Below the pieces are notes generated by a model that had not been told where the DNA came from, ran no database searches, and saw only the letters and a program-made list of their open reading frames with translations. This document shows, one piece after another, positions 1 to 7,785 of a DNA stretch of 64,000 bases (its first letter is position 1; each line of letters starts with the position of its first letter). Source of the DNA: a virus; the IMG/VR virus record IMGVR_UViG_3300048929_000433, positions 1-64,000 of that record. One strand, given 5' to 3'. Position numbers and translations under genes: made by a program.

Positions 1-107
1 TCGATGCCGCAGATCGGGCAGTTGCCGTGCGCGTCGCAGTCGGCGGCAAACACCACGCGCTGCCAGGCGCCGTGGCTGTTGACGTAACGCGGCTTAGCTG
101 CCGGCAT
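1..107 (-). CDS. partial CDS (N-terminus only, continues past window start), Cys-containing small protein
   Basis: Minus-strand ATG at 105-107 opens a frame reading MPAAKPRYVNSHGAWQRVVFAADCDAHGNCPICGID to the window edge (hand translated). Confidence 0.35.
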   Translation of the reverse strand, partial: MPAAKPRYVNSHGAWQRVVFAADCDAHGNCPICGI

Positions 108-312
108 CGCCTTTGTCCTGGCCTTGGTCCTGGCCCTGGTCCGCTGGTTGCTGTGGCGGCGCGCTGCGCTGGCCCTGGCCGGCCTCGCGCTGGCTGTCAT
201 CCTGGTTGCGGCGCTCGCGTTCCTGCTGTTCCAGCCGCTTGCGCTCGGCAAGCTCGGCCTCGGTCAGTTCGGTCTGGGGCTTCGGATCCTTGTCCTGGTC
301 GCCGTTGCTCAT
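94..312 (-). CDS. hypothetical small acidic/Gln-rich protein (72 aa)
   Basis: Internal ATG (312) of track ORF 94..486, preceded by AGGAG. The longer version would overlap gene 359..766. Confidence 0.45.
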   Translation of the reverse strand: MSNGDQDKDPKPQTELTEAELAERKRLEQQERERRNQDDSQREAGQGQRSAPPQQPADQGQDQGQDKGDAGS

Positions 313-358
313 GGTCGCTCCTTGTGTGCGTTGCACCATTTGCGATTCTGGAAAAAAC

Positions 359-766
359 TCAGGCCAGATTGGCGCGCAGGCGCGCGGTGCGCTCGGCGAT
401 CTGATCTTCCGACAGCTCGATGCGCTTGCGCAGCCCCAGGATCTCGCGGATCTCGACCGCCTCCTCTGCCGTCGGCAGGCGATCAAGCCGCAGCACGCCC
501 TCGGTGTCGCCGTCCTGGGTAACCTGGCAAAATGCCAGGCGGCTTTTGTAGGAACTCCATCTCCGCGCCGACACCGACTCCGGAATCAGCTGCCAGGCGT
601 TCACGCCGCCCCAGCTTGAGACGTATCCGCGGCTGCCCCGCAGGATCCACAGCCCGGCCTGGTCCCTGCGCAGGGTCGATGGCGACGCATTCAGGGCCGC
701 CTGAAAGGCCTCCATTCTGGCCTTGTCCTCAGCTGCCGCAGCGGCGGATGGGTAGGTGTTGGCCAT
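359..766 (-). CDS. hypothetical protein (135 aa)
   Basis: Track ORF; no motif recognised. Confidence 0.55.
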   Translation of the reverse strand: MANTYPSAAAAAEDKARMEAFQAALNASPSTLRRDQAGLWILRGSRGYVSSWGGVNAWQLIPESVSARRWSSYKSRLAFCQVTQDGDTEGVLRLDRLPTAEEAVEIREILGLRKRIELSEDQIAERTARLRANLA

Positions 767-1038
767 ATAGGTGCCTTGGTACCGGTGAGGGATTCGGGAA
801 ACATGTGGAGGCGGTGCCGCCCCCCCATTTTTATCCGGGTAGAAAGCGAATACCCCTCCCCCCCCCTATTTTCCCTAAGTTATTGATGTTATTGGCTGTT
901 TTCAGCTGTTTCCGGCCGGTTTCGCGGGTTATTCCGGCTTATTTGTTGCGCAACTTAACAGCAAAACAACGGAAACAAACCGCAGCTAAATCAGCGGCTT
1001 AGCTGTTGCGTTAAATAGTTGTTTAACGATAACCGGGC

Positions 1039-1488
1039 TTAGGCCGCGTCCGGATCCGGATCCGCGCCGCTTAGGCCAGGATCTGGCGCCGCCGGCTCAT
1101 GCTCGATTGTCGGCGCCGTCGCGCTCATCCGGCGGACGTCCTCTTGCGTCAGGAACGTTTCCGCAGGAACGGAAACGATATTGACTTGCCCGACAACGCT
1201 GCTGATTTGGCTGTTAACCTGCAGCGGCAAAAGCTTTCCGAGTAGCGCCGCGAAAGCCTTGGGATGCTTATCGGCAAGGTGGAATAGGTATCCTGTCAAA
1301 CCGCCCGCGCCGTTGCCGTCGGATCCGTAAGCAGCTGCAGCGTCAACGATTCCGCGTTTTAGATCCCGCGTTATATGCGCAATGGCGCCGACGGGTTTCC
1401 GCGGCGGAGTCGGTTGCCTTCTAGGTGCATTGATCCGCGGCGGATTAAAATCGGCCGGCAAGCCCGGATTGTTTGCCTCAAAAGGCAT
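1039..1488 (-). CDS. hypothetical protein (149 aa)
   Basis: Track ORF; degenerate early-promoter copy upstream at 1627-1655. Confidence 0.55.
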   Translation of the reverse strand: MPFEANNPGLPADFNPPRINAPRRQPTPPRKPVGAIAHITRDLKRGIVDAAAAYGSDGNGAGGLTGYLFHLADKHPKAFAALLGKLLPLQVNSQISSVVGQVNIVSVPAETFLTQEDVRRMSATAPTIEHEPAAPDPGLSGADPDPDAA

Positions 1489-1688
1489 GCCACATTCCTT
1501 TTTTTATAATCATTGGCGATTCGGACGTCGCCGCGCGCTCCGCCTTGCCTCTTGCGATTCCGCTCCGAACAAACCGCCTGCAAAGCCCTCTGGCGCGTTG
1601 AATCAAACCGTCCGCTACCCTAGCAGCCCTAGTACATCACGCGTACCAGCGGCCTCCGTAGCGCGTACCGCGGCGAATCACTTTGCCA

Positions 1689-1713
1689 ACAAAAAAGCCG
1701 CCCAAAGGGCGGC
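1689..1713 (-). terminator. intrinsic terminator after 1767..2003
   Basis: Minus strand reads GCCGCCC-TTT-GGGCGGC followed by TTTTTT. Confidence 0.7.
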
Positions 1714-1766
1714 TATTCGTCAGCATGCCTATCGGACATGCAAATTTTTGATCTGTCAAGCCGGTA

Positions 1767-2003
1767 TCAGCTCATTACCGGCCGGCTTTGATCCGCGGAA
1801 ACTTCGCAAGAAACCATCCGGAAAATCGCAATCCCTTTCGCGCTCAATTCGCGCGCCTTTTCCGGGCTGATCTTTTCCGCGAAGCGCGCGCGGTCCGTTG
1901 CGCGCTCAATGGCGGTTGCCTCATCCTTTGCGAACAAACGGATATGAAAGTCGCAACCGGTGGCAATGCGGCGGATAGTGATCTGGTAAGCGGTCGTTTT
2001 CAT
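1767..2003 (-). CDS. hypothetical protein (78 aa)
   Basis: Track ORF flanked by its own promoter (2034-2062) and terminator (1689-1713). Confidence 0.6.
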   Translation of the reverse strand: MKTTAYQITIRRIATGCDFHIRLFAKDEATAIERATDRARFAEKISPEKARELSAKGIAIFRMVSCEVSADQSRPVMS

Positions 2004-2033
2004 TTGCTGGCGTCCTCTGTTCTGTTGACCCTG

Positions 2034-2062
2034 ATTTAGTACGTTGTCCGTACTACGTCAAG
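2034..2062 (-). promoter_or_regulatory. early promoter copy 1
   Basis: CTTGAC-GTAGTACGGACAACGTA-CTAAAT (17-nt spacer; perfect GTACG-N5-CGTAC dyad). Confidence 0.7.
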
Positions 2063-2083
2063 CCCGGATCCGAAATTATTTCC

Positions 2084-2109
2084 AAAAAAAAGCCCGGACT
2101 AATCCGGGC
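2084..2109 (-). terminator. intrinsic terminator after 2099..2269
   Basis: Minus strand: GCCCGGA-TTAG-TCCGGGC then T8. The hairpin overlaps the stop codon. Confidence 0.75.
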
Positions 2110-2269
2110 TTTCGATTGTTCGCAGTCCGTTGCAAACCGGGCAGGTGACTCCCGGTTGCCTGTCATGCGTCCGCGGCAAGTCCGGAATAACTTTGTCCGG
2201 ATCCAATAGCTTGCCTATTCCCTCGCAATGCGGACAAGGAATCCGCCGCGGTCTCATTTTAAAAATCAT
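2099..2269 (-). CDS. small DnaJ-type zinc-finger protein (56 aa)
   Basis: CPHCEGIG and CPVCNGLR (CxxCxGxG-like). Start moved to ATG 2269, which forms an ATGA overlap with the upstream stop. Confidence 0.55.
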   Translation of the reverse strand: MIFKMRPRRIPCPHCEGIGKLLDPDKVIPDLPRTHDRQPGVTCPVCNGLRTIESPD

Positions 2270-2418
2270 TGCCGGGCCCTTGCTAGTGCTTTCTGGCATT
2301 CCGCTAACCAGCGTTCAAAATCCGCGCGCGCGGCCATGTCGCGGTAGCCGCTCGCCTTCCATTTGGCGAAAGCAATTTCCTTTCGCGCGTAGGCGATTTG
2401 TCCGCCGGCCGGCATCAT
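2266..2418 (-). CDS. hypothetical small protein (50 aa)
   Basis: ATG at 2418 overlaps the stop of 2415..2702 (ATGA coupling). Confidence 0.4.
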   Translation of the reverse strand: MMPAGGQIAYARKEIAFAKWKASGYRDMAARADFERWLAECQKALARARQ

Positions 2419-2702
2419 GTCGCGGCCTTTGGCAAGCGATAGGCCTGCAATCCGTCGTGACCCCATGCCGGATCATTCCGCAGACCATGCAAGCATGCAT
2501 GTCCGTTCCAGAGTCGCGCGTTGTACCAATAGACGCTGGCAAGCTTATCTTTCCAGCTCCGCCCGTGCTTCGCTGCAAAGGCCTGCAGCGCGGCCGATTC
2601 GTCCGCGGTCAATTCCCGGATCCCAACGAAAACAGGTGAACCGTTTTCGATTGCGCGATTGACGGCCGCGCGCAGTGCATTATGTGGCGCATTGTTTGGC
2701 AT
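2415..2702 (-). CDS. hypothetical protein (95 aa)
   Basis: Start moved to MPNNAPHN (2702), because the track start 2756 lies inside the -10 box of promoter 2755-2783. Confidence 0.55.
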   Translation of the reverse strand: MPNNAPHNALRAAVNRAIENGSPVFVGIRELTADESAALQAFAAKHGRSWKDKLASVYWYNARLWNGHACLHGLRNDPAWGHDGLQAYRLPKAAT

Positions 2703-2754
2703 GGTCTCAGATCCCTTTGCAGCTGGCGCCGTCGGCGCCGTTTCCATATCCCTC

Positions 2755-2783
2755 ATTTAGTACGTTATCCGTAACACGTCAAG
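2755..2783 (-). promoter_or_regulatory. early promoter copy 2
   Basis: CTTGAC-GTGTTACGGATAACGTA-CTAAAT. Confidence 0.7.
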
Positions 2784-2792
2784 CCCTAAGCG

Positions 2793-2818
2793 AAAAAAAA
2801 GCCCGGTCGAAACCGGGC
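2793..2818 (-). terminator. intrinsic terminator after 2825..3712
   Basis: Minus strand: GCCCGGT-TTCG-ACCGGGC then T8. Confidence 0.75.
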
Positions 2819-2824
2819 CCTTTG

Positions 2825-3712
2825 TCACCATCCCATTTTATCCCGGCATATCGGACCGATTCCAAGTCGCTTGCTTTCCGCATTGGTTAGCGTCGCGTTG
2901 CAAATACAGCAGACTCCCGTTGTCTGTCCGTAGGCCTCCGCGGCGCCTTTCGGATCCGCGATGAATCCCAGGATCTCCGCGGACCGCTCCGCGCTGCAGT
3001 CGCGCGTTGCATGAAACTTTCCGCCGGCAATCTTGCCAAGATAAGTTCCGCGCTCTTTCACATAGAGCGCGCCAGCGTTCTTTGACGCGGCGCCGGCCGG
3101 GCTGATGACAGTGCAGCCAATCGTAATTTTTGGCGTCCTCATTTTCAGACCCTTTGCCGCGGCGTAGGCAACCGCTGAGTCGAACGCGGCTTTAAGCCGG
3201 TCAATCCCTGCATCGTCGACGCTAGGCGCGTTAGCGGCCTTCTCTGTCCGTTCTGCAGCCCTTGCCGCGTCGCGCGCGATTCCGTTGTTAACAACGGCCA
3301 GCTGCTTATCCGTCAAAGATCCAAACCGCTTTGCCGAGTCCAGCAGGCTAGCGGCCAGATCCCAACGCGGCGCCGTCGCTTCAAGCCATGCCGCGGCCTC
3401 GGGATTAGCCGCGGCGAAAGCGTCAAAGCCTTCCGCGGCAATTCTCGCCTTGCGGTCCGCCGCGCTGTTGCGCGCCTTTGCGCGGACGTCCGGGCTTGTC
3501 TTGAAAACATTCTTTCCCTTGCCCTTGCACGAAAAGCAATTGCCGATGATACGGCCAGCGTAGGAAATGAACTTGCCGGTTCCGCGGCATTTGGTGCAGC
3601 CTTCCGCGAACCGCTCGTTAGCCGGCTTGTATGCTGGCGCCGGCCGTACCGGCTCAATTCGAACCGGGCCCGTGTCGCCGTTGAAAAGGCCTTCTAAGCT
3701 ATCGTTAAACAT
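2825..3712 (-). CDS. hypothetical protein (295 aa) with N-terminal zinc-finger pair and C-terminal GxCCxC...GIGPxC motif
   Basis: CTKCRGTG and CFSCKGKG near the N-terminus. The C-terminus GVCCICNATLTNAESKRLGIGPICR resembles the DUF6011 motif (recalled, not searched). Confidence 0.7.
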   Translation of the reverse strand: MFNDSLEGLFNGDTGPVRIEPVRPAPAYKPANERFAEGCTKCRGTGKFISYAGRIIGNCFSCKGKGKNVFKTSPDVRAKARNSAADRKARIAAEGFDAFAAANPEAAAWLEATAPRWDLAASLLDSAKRFGSLTDKQLAVVNNGIARDAARAAERTEKAANAPSVDDAGIDRLKAAFDSAVAYAAAKGLKMRTPKITIGCTVISPAGAASKNAGALYVKERGTYLGKIAGGKFHATRDCSAERSAEILGFIADPKGAAEAYGQTTGVCCICNATLTNAESKRLGIGPICRDKMGW

Positions 3713-3742
3713 TTGTTCCGCTCCACTGTTCTGATAACCCTG

Positions 3743-3771
3743 ACTTAGTACATACTACGTACTACGTCAAG
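3743..3771 (-). promoter_or_regulatory. early promoter copy 3
   Basis: CTTGAC-GTAGTACGTAGTATGTA-CTAAGT. Confidence 0.7.
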
Positions 3772-3783
3772 CCCTAAGCGGAA

Positions 3784-3810
3784 ATAAAAAAGCCCGGCAA
3801 ACGGCCGGGC
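3784..3810 (-). terminator. intrinsic terminator after 3816..4142
   Basis: Minus strand: GCCCGGC-CGTTT-GCCGGGC then TTTTTTAT. Confidence 0.7.
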
Positions 3811-3815
3811 TTGTT

Positions 3816-4142
3816 TCAACGGTTTGCATGCAATTCGGCTAACCCGCGTTTGATCTCTTGCGCGCGCTGCTCTATTTCGTCCGGATCCCGAGTCGGTAGC
3901 AGCGGCAATGCCGGCGGCAACGTGATAGGTCCGCCGCGAAGCGCGACCAATAGCTCCTCATGCCGTCGCTTTTCTTCCGCCTGCTTTTTCAGGTTTGGCA
4001 GGCATGCGACTAGGATCAATCCCAGCAGCGGCGAAAGCAAAAGCGCGGAAAGAAAAAACCAGCCGACTCCGTTGCGGCCTTTTGAACTCGCGACAATCCC
4101 GGCAACGATTGCCAGTGTAAACCAGAAAATAAGCAGTAGCAT
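3816..4142 (-). CDS. small membrane protein (108 aa, 2 TM segments plus charged tail)
   Basis: MLLLIFWFTLAIVAGIVA and GWFFLSALLLSPLLGLILVACLP hydrophobic segments. Shares the GW..LSAL.SP..G.I.L motif with 36342..36524. Confidence 0.6.
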   Translation of the reverse strand: MLLLIFWFTLAIVAGIVASSKGRNGVGWFFLSALLLSPLLGLILVACLPNLKKQAEEKRRHEELLVALRGGPITLPPALPLLPTRDPDEIEQRAQEIKRGLAELHANR

Positions 4143-4179
4143 TTTGACTCCATTGTGCGACCTTGCCGCGGTTTGATGT

Positions 4180-4266
4180 TTAGAAAATTCCCAGCTCTTG
4201 AATCGTCAGCGCAATCGGCAGACTCAACGCGACGACTGCCGCGGCTATGTTGCGAAGTGTTTTCAT
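4180..4266 (-). CDS. possible 28-aa hydrophobic peptide
   Basis: Hand translated MKTLRNIAAAVVALSLPIALTIQELGIF. Its ATG lies 1 nt after the stop of 4268..4495. Below the ORF-track size cutoff. Confidence 0.3.
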   Translation of the reverse strand: MKTLRNIAAAVVALSLPIALTIQELGIF

Positions 4267-4267
4267 T

Positions 4268-4495
4268 TCAGTATCCGGCCCAATCGCGCAACGCCTTGAA
4301 GCCTTGCGTCCAATGGATCCGCTCCTCATGATGAGTTATCGATTTGTCCGGGTGCAGCTGAGAATAACGGTCCAGTACGGCTATCGTACCGTCCGCGTTA
4401 TCGGCCAGGAACCAATCATGGTTCCGGGCCCATCTGATTTGCGACGCGTCAAGCATGACGCGCGCCACCATCACAAAAGTTCCGAACCAGTGCAT
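4268..4495 (-). CDS. hypothetical protein (75 aa)
   Basis: Track ORF; first gene behind promoter 4556-4584. Confidence 0.55.
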   Translation of the reverse strand: MHWFGTFVMVARVMLDASQIRWARNHDWFLADNADGTIAVLDRYSQLHPDKSITHHEERIHWTQGFKALRDWAGY

Positions 4496-4555
4496 TCAGG
4501 ATTGCGTTAATCAGTCTCATGGCCAACTCCGTTTCCCGTTGTCTTGATATCCATT

Positions 4556-4584
4556 ACTTAGTACGTACTACGGACTATGTCAAG
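4556..4584 (-). promoter_or_regulatory. early promoter copy 4
   Basis: CTTGAC-ATAGTCCGTAGTACGTA-CTAAGT. Confidence 0.7.
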
Positions 4585-4744
4585 CGCAACGGGAAACTAT
4601 TTTTCGAAAGATCCTAGCCTAGCGTTTCCAGTTCCCTTTCCAGCGGTTGCCAATCCGCGCAAGTCCATTGCGACCAATTGCGCGACATGTCCGAAAGGAT
4701 CCGGATGATTGCCGCGCGTCGCTTGCGCTGCTTTGCTGTTAGCC

Positions 4745-5278
4745 TCATGACACGGGACTCAGATCAAACTTTTCGCCTAGCCATTGGACAAACGTTGACG
4801 GCCGCTCGCCCATTGTAAAGGCCTGTTCTGTCCGCTCCTCATGATCCGTTACCAGATCCGCGTAAGCCCATTGCCGGCTTGCTTCCATCTTACATTCCCG
4901 GATGAATTCATCCGACAAATGGCGCCGCGCGACCATTGACGCCACGTTATGCGGCGCCGGCAATTCAACGCCGCTAGTCGTTTGCGCGCCGTCGACGTTG
5001 ACAAAGTCCAGTATCATCGGAATCACTTCCCAATCGTAAGCAATGCCGTCGAAAAAATCGCGGTCGTGCTTTGTGCAGATATCGTAAACCTGCAAAGCCC
5101 ATTGCCCCAATTCAATCGACCAATGGCGCAACTCCGCGGATCCGGTATTTTTCCGCAACGCTTCCCAATCGTTCCGCGTTGTGGCGCCGCCTACGCCTAG
5201 CGTCCAATCGTTGATGCATTCCCATACGCAAAGCGCGGCCTCGACTTCAAGATAGGAAAATTTCGTTTCCGTTGTCAT
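4745..5278 (-). CDS. hypothetical protein (177 aa)
   Basis: Track ORF behind promoter 5307-5335; no motif recognised. Confidence 0.65.
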   Translation of the reverse strand: MTTETKFSYLEVEAALCVWECINDWTLGVGGATTRNDWEALRKNTGSAELRHWSIELGQWALQVYDICTKHDRDFFDGIAYDWEVIPMILDFVNVDGAQTTSGVELPAPHNVASMVARRHLSDEFIRECKMEASRQWAYADLVTDHEERTEQAFTMGERPSTFVQWLGEKFDLSPVS

Positions 5279-5306
5279 GCTAGTTCCCTCTGTTTCGATT
5301 GCCCTA

Positions 5307-5335
5307 ATCTAGTATGATATACGTATCACGTCAAG
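5307..5335 (-). promoter_or_regulatory. early promoter copy 5
   Basis: CTTGAC-GTGATACGTATATCATA-CTAGAT (the most diverged spacer). Confidence 0.65.
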
Positions 5336-5342
5336 CCCTAGA

Positions 5343-5370
5343 CAAAAAATAACCCGGCTCAATGCCGGGT
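5343..5370 (-). terminator. intrinsic terminator after the ArdC cassette
   Basis: Minus strand: ACCCGGC-ATTGA-GCCGGGT then TATTTTTT. Confidence 0.7.
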
Positions 5371-5454
5371 TTCTTTTGCCTCCTTTGCTTGTTCCAGTCG
5401 CCGCAACATTTCATTGAGCCATGCAAGCCGGGCCCGGATCTCCGCGGCCGTCAT
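5359..5454 (-). CDS. possible 31-aa helical peptide coupled to the ArdC-like gene
   Basis: ATGA overlap with the ArdC stop. Reads MTAAEIRARLAWLNEMLRRLEQAKEAKETRH, with its stop inside the terminator loop (hand translated). Confidence 0.3.
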   Translation of the reverse strand: MTAAEIRARLAWLNEMLRRLEQAKEAKETRH

Positions 5455-6347
5455 GCCGCTATCGCCATTTCGTCCGCCGGCATGTCCGCGGCCAGTACCG
5501 CGGACCGTAGGAAGTCCGCGGCCTTTTGCGCCGCGCTCGCCGCGGTAAAGAACGCCTTTGAATCATCCTTTAGCAATTCGATCCAATTGGCCACATAGCC
5601 GGCATGTCTCAATTCGCCGTCAATATTGAACTCCGCGCAAAGGAACGCCGCGGCCAGCTCCGCAACAAGTTCCTCCGCCGCATAAGCCCGGTCTCCGAAC
5701 CGCTTTCCGAATTCGCGATTCAAACGATGCTTTGCGCCGGTCCAATGCGCCAGCTCATGAAAGCCGGTTGCGTAGTAATTCGCGGCGCCGTTGAAAGCTT
5801 CAAATGCCGGCATAGCAATGAAGTCCGTTGACGGGGAATAATAAGCCCGGTCTCCGCCAACGTCCGCGCGAAAGTCCGCGCCGGTTGCCGCGATGAATTC
5901 ATCAATCGTTGCGTCGCGCTCATCGTTGTGGCGCGGCTTGACCGGATCCGGGCAAACAATCGTTGCCGGCAAGTTTTCGCATTGGTCGACGTTGAAAACC
6001 GTATAGGCGCGCAGCATGGTAAACCCCTTGCCTTGCTCGCCGGTTTCCTCGTTTTTCTTGCCGGCCAGCGGCTTGACGAAATAGACCGTAAAACCATGCT
6101 CGCCTTTCTTGACGTTGCCGCCTAAGCCTTTGGCTTGCTTGAACGTCATGTAACGCGGCGTTGCGAACCGGCCGGCGGACAGCCAAAGCAGGACAACGTT
6201 GCAGCCCGAATACGGCCGGCCGGTTGCCGCGTTGTGCGGTATGTTGCGGCCAGGAGTCGCGGACCATGGCTTAACCCATGGCGCCGAACCGGTTTCCAGC
6301 TCCGCCAAGATCCGCGCCGTAACGTTCTGGTAAAGATTGTTTGCCAT
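5451..6347 (-). CDS. ardC: ArdC-like antirestriction protein (N-terminal ssDNA-binding domain plus zincin metalloprotease-like domain)
   Basis: N-terminus NVTARILAELETGSAPWVKPW... plus an HEXXH motif (GFHELAHWTG), typical of the ArdC/DUF1738 family. 298 aa. Confidence 0.88.
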   Translation of the reverse strand: MANNLYQNVTARILAELETGSAPWVKPWSATPGRNIPHNAATGRPYSGCNVVLLWLSAGRFATPRYMTFKQAKGLGGNVKKGEHGFTVYFVKPLAGKKNEETGEQGKGFTMLRAYTVFNVDQCENLPATIVCPDPVKPRHNDERDATIDEFIAATGADFRADVGGDRAYYSPSTDFIAMPAFEAFNGAANYYATGFHELAHWTGAKHRLNREFGKRFGDRAYAAEELVAELAAAFLCAEFNIDGELRHAGYVANWIELLKDDSKAFFTAASAAQKAADFLRSAVLAADMPADEMAIAA

Positions 6348-6377
6348 TGCTCAATTCCCTCTGTTTCGATAACTGGT

Positions 6378-6406
6378 ATTTAGTACGTACTACGGACAAC
6401 GTCAAG
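6378..6406 (-). promoter_or_regulatory. early promoter copy 6 (drives the ArdC-like gene)
   Basis: CTTGAC-GTTGTCCGTAGTACGTA-CTAAAT. Confidence 0.7.
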
Positions 6407-6434
6407 CGGAAAAGAACAGGGAACCGAAATTATT

Positions 6435-6857
6435 TTATGCCGCAATCGGCATTGCTTCGCGCGCGCGTTCCAGCTCCGCCGCTTCGCGCGCTCGCTTGTC
6501 CGCCATTGCCGCGTCATACATGCTTTGCCAAACCGCCGGCTTGCGCGCGCGCCGCTCCGCGCTCGGCGCCGCTAGCAACGCCGCGCGCTGCTTTGCCTGC
6601 ATTGCCTTATGGATTGCGGCGCCGGTATTGTGATTCGTTCCGCTTGCGCAATTGCAATTGTGCGAAGTGTAAACGCGCTGCAGTTCCGCGCGCTGCTTTG
6701 CCCGGATAGCGGTTTCAACGGCCAAGCCATACGCCTGACGTGCTTCGCGCGTCATGGCCTGCAGTCCGTTGCGCGCGGCCTTGCGATGCTTATCAAGCCC
6801 GGCAAGTGTCGGATATTCCGGACCGATGAAACGGCCGCTTGAATCTGTCAATCTCAT
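6435..6857 (-). CDS. hypothetical protein (140 aa, Ala/Arg-rich helical)
   Basis: Start moved to MRLTDSS (6857), which has GGAG 8 nt upstream. The track start would overlap 6869..7051. Confidence 0.55.
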   Translation of the reverse strand: MRLTDSSGRFIGPEYPTLAGLDKHRKAARNGLQAMTREARQAYGLAVETAIRAKQRAELQRVYTSHNCNCASGTNHNTGAAIHKAMQAKQRAALLAAPSAERRARKPAVWQSMYDAAMADKRAREAAELERAREAMPIAA

Positions 6858-6868
6858 TTGCTCGACTC

Positions 6869-7051
6869 CTATTCCGGCAAGTTTTTGTAAAGCGTTTTCA
6901 GCTGCTGAATCTCCGCGTAGCGTTCCGGCCACGTCACGCGAAGCGTAGGCCAATCAATGCCGTACTGAGTCCCGCCTGCCGCGTCGCGATAGCAAGCGTT
7001 GATGATTGCGTTATAGCGGCGCCGAACGCCGCGCTTTGACTTGATCGCCAT
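6869..7051 (-). CDS. hypothetical protein (60 aa)
   Basis: Track ORF directly behind promoter 7074-7102. Confidence 0.5.
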   Translation of the reverse strand: MAIKSKRGVRRRYNAIINACYRDAAGGTQYGIDWPTLRVTWPERYAEIQQLKTLYKNLPE

Positions 7052-7073
7052 TTCAGATCCCTTTCGTTGTCTG

Positions 7074-7102
7074 GTATCTAGTACGGATTGCGTACTATGT
7101 CA
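7074..7102 (-). promoter_or_regulatory. early promoter copy 7
   Basis: CTTGAC-ATAGTACGCAATCCGTA-CTAGAT (perfect dyad). Confidence 0.7.
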
Positions 7103-7134
7103 AGCGGACGTCTGCTAATTTCCCAGGATCCGGC

Positions 7135-7662
7135 TTAGGCGTTTGCGCGCCTATCCTCCGCCATACGCTGGTAGCTTGCGTCATTAGGAACGCCGCGGAT
7201 CATTCGCGCGGAATTGTCCGGGCAAACCTGATTCTCTAGCTCATACGTGAAATATTTTCCGCCGCGATTGACGCGCAACAAAAGCGAGTCGGCATGCAAA
7301 CCAGCGTCCGCAACATAACCGTTTGTGTGATAGTCCGGATGAAAGCAGAACGCTATTTCGTCACCTGCCCTAAGCGTTTTCAGAATGCTGGAAACCGGCG
7401 TATGCTGATTATGATAAATCGAAACCAGCTCAAAGCATGACGCGGCGCCGCGCTCTAACGCGTCACGGCCGCGCGTCGTTTCGAGTCGCGTCTCGCAATT
7501 TTCCAGCGAATATTCTTGATCCGTCTCAAATGGTGCGGCGTTGTATGGCTTGCGCTTGATAAGCACGACGCGGCCGGCCGGATAAGCCGGCGTATTGAGA
7601 TGAATCGAAATTTGGTCCGCCTTGCGAATAGCGGCAATGTCCGTTTTGGTAAGAGCAGCCAT
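7135..7662 (-). CDS. hypothetical protein (175 aa)
   Basis: Start moved to MAALTKT (7662, GAGGG upstream). The track start 7728 lies inside promoter 7711-7739. Confidence 0.6.
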   Translation of the reverse strand: MAALTKTDIAAIRKADQISIHLNTPAYPAGRVVLIKRKPYNAAPFETDQEYSLENCETRLETTRGRDALERGAASCFELVSIYHNQHTPVSSILKTLRAGDEIAFCFHPDYHTNGYVADAGLHADSLLLRVNRGGKYFTYELENQVCPDNSARMIRGVPNDASYQRMAEDRRANA

Positions 7663-7710
7663 TTTAGAATTCCCTCGATTGCGCCGCGGCGCCGTTTGCT
7701 GATATCCGGT

Positions 7711-7739
7711 ATTTAGTACGTACCGCATAACATGTCAAG
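7711..7739 (-). promoter_or_regulatory. early promoter copy 8
   Basis: CTTGAC-ATGTTATGCGGTACGTA-CTAAAT. Confidence 0.7.
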
Positions 7740-7748
7740 CGCAATCGG

Positions 7749-7777
7749 AAAAGAAAAAGCCCGGATCCTGTCCGGGC
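7749..7777 (-). terminator. intrinsic terminator after 7786..8445
   Basis: Minus strand: GCCCGGA-CAGGA-TCCGGGC then TTTTTCTTTT. Confidence 0.75.
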
Positions 7778-7785
7778 TTTTCCGT

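Noticed and set aside
1011-1027. CtrA-box-like TTAA-N-TTAAC
   Set aside because: The spacer is 8 nt, not the canonical 7. It is a single occurrence.
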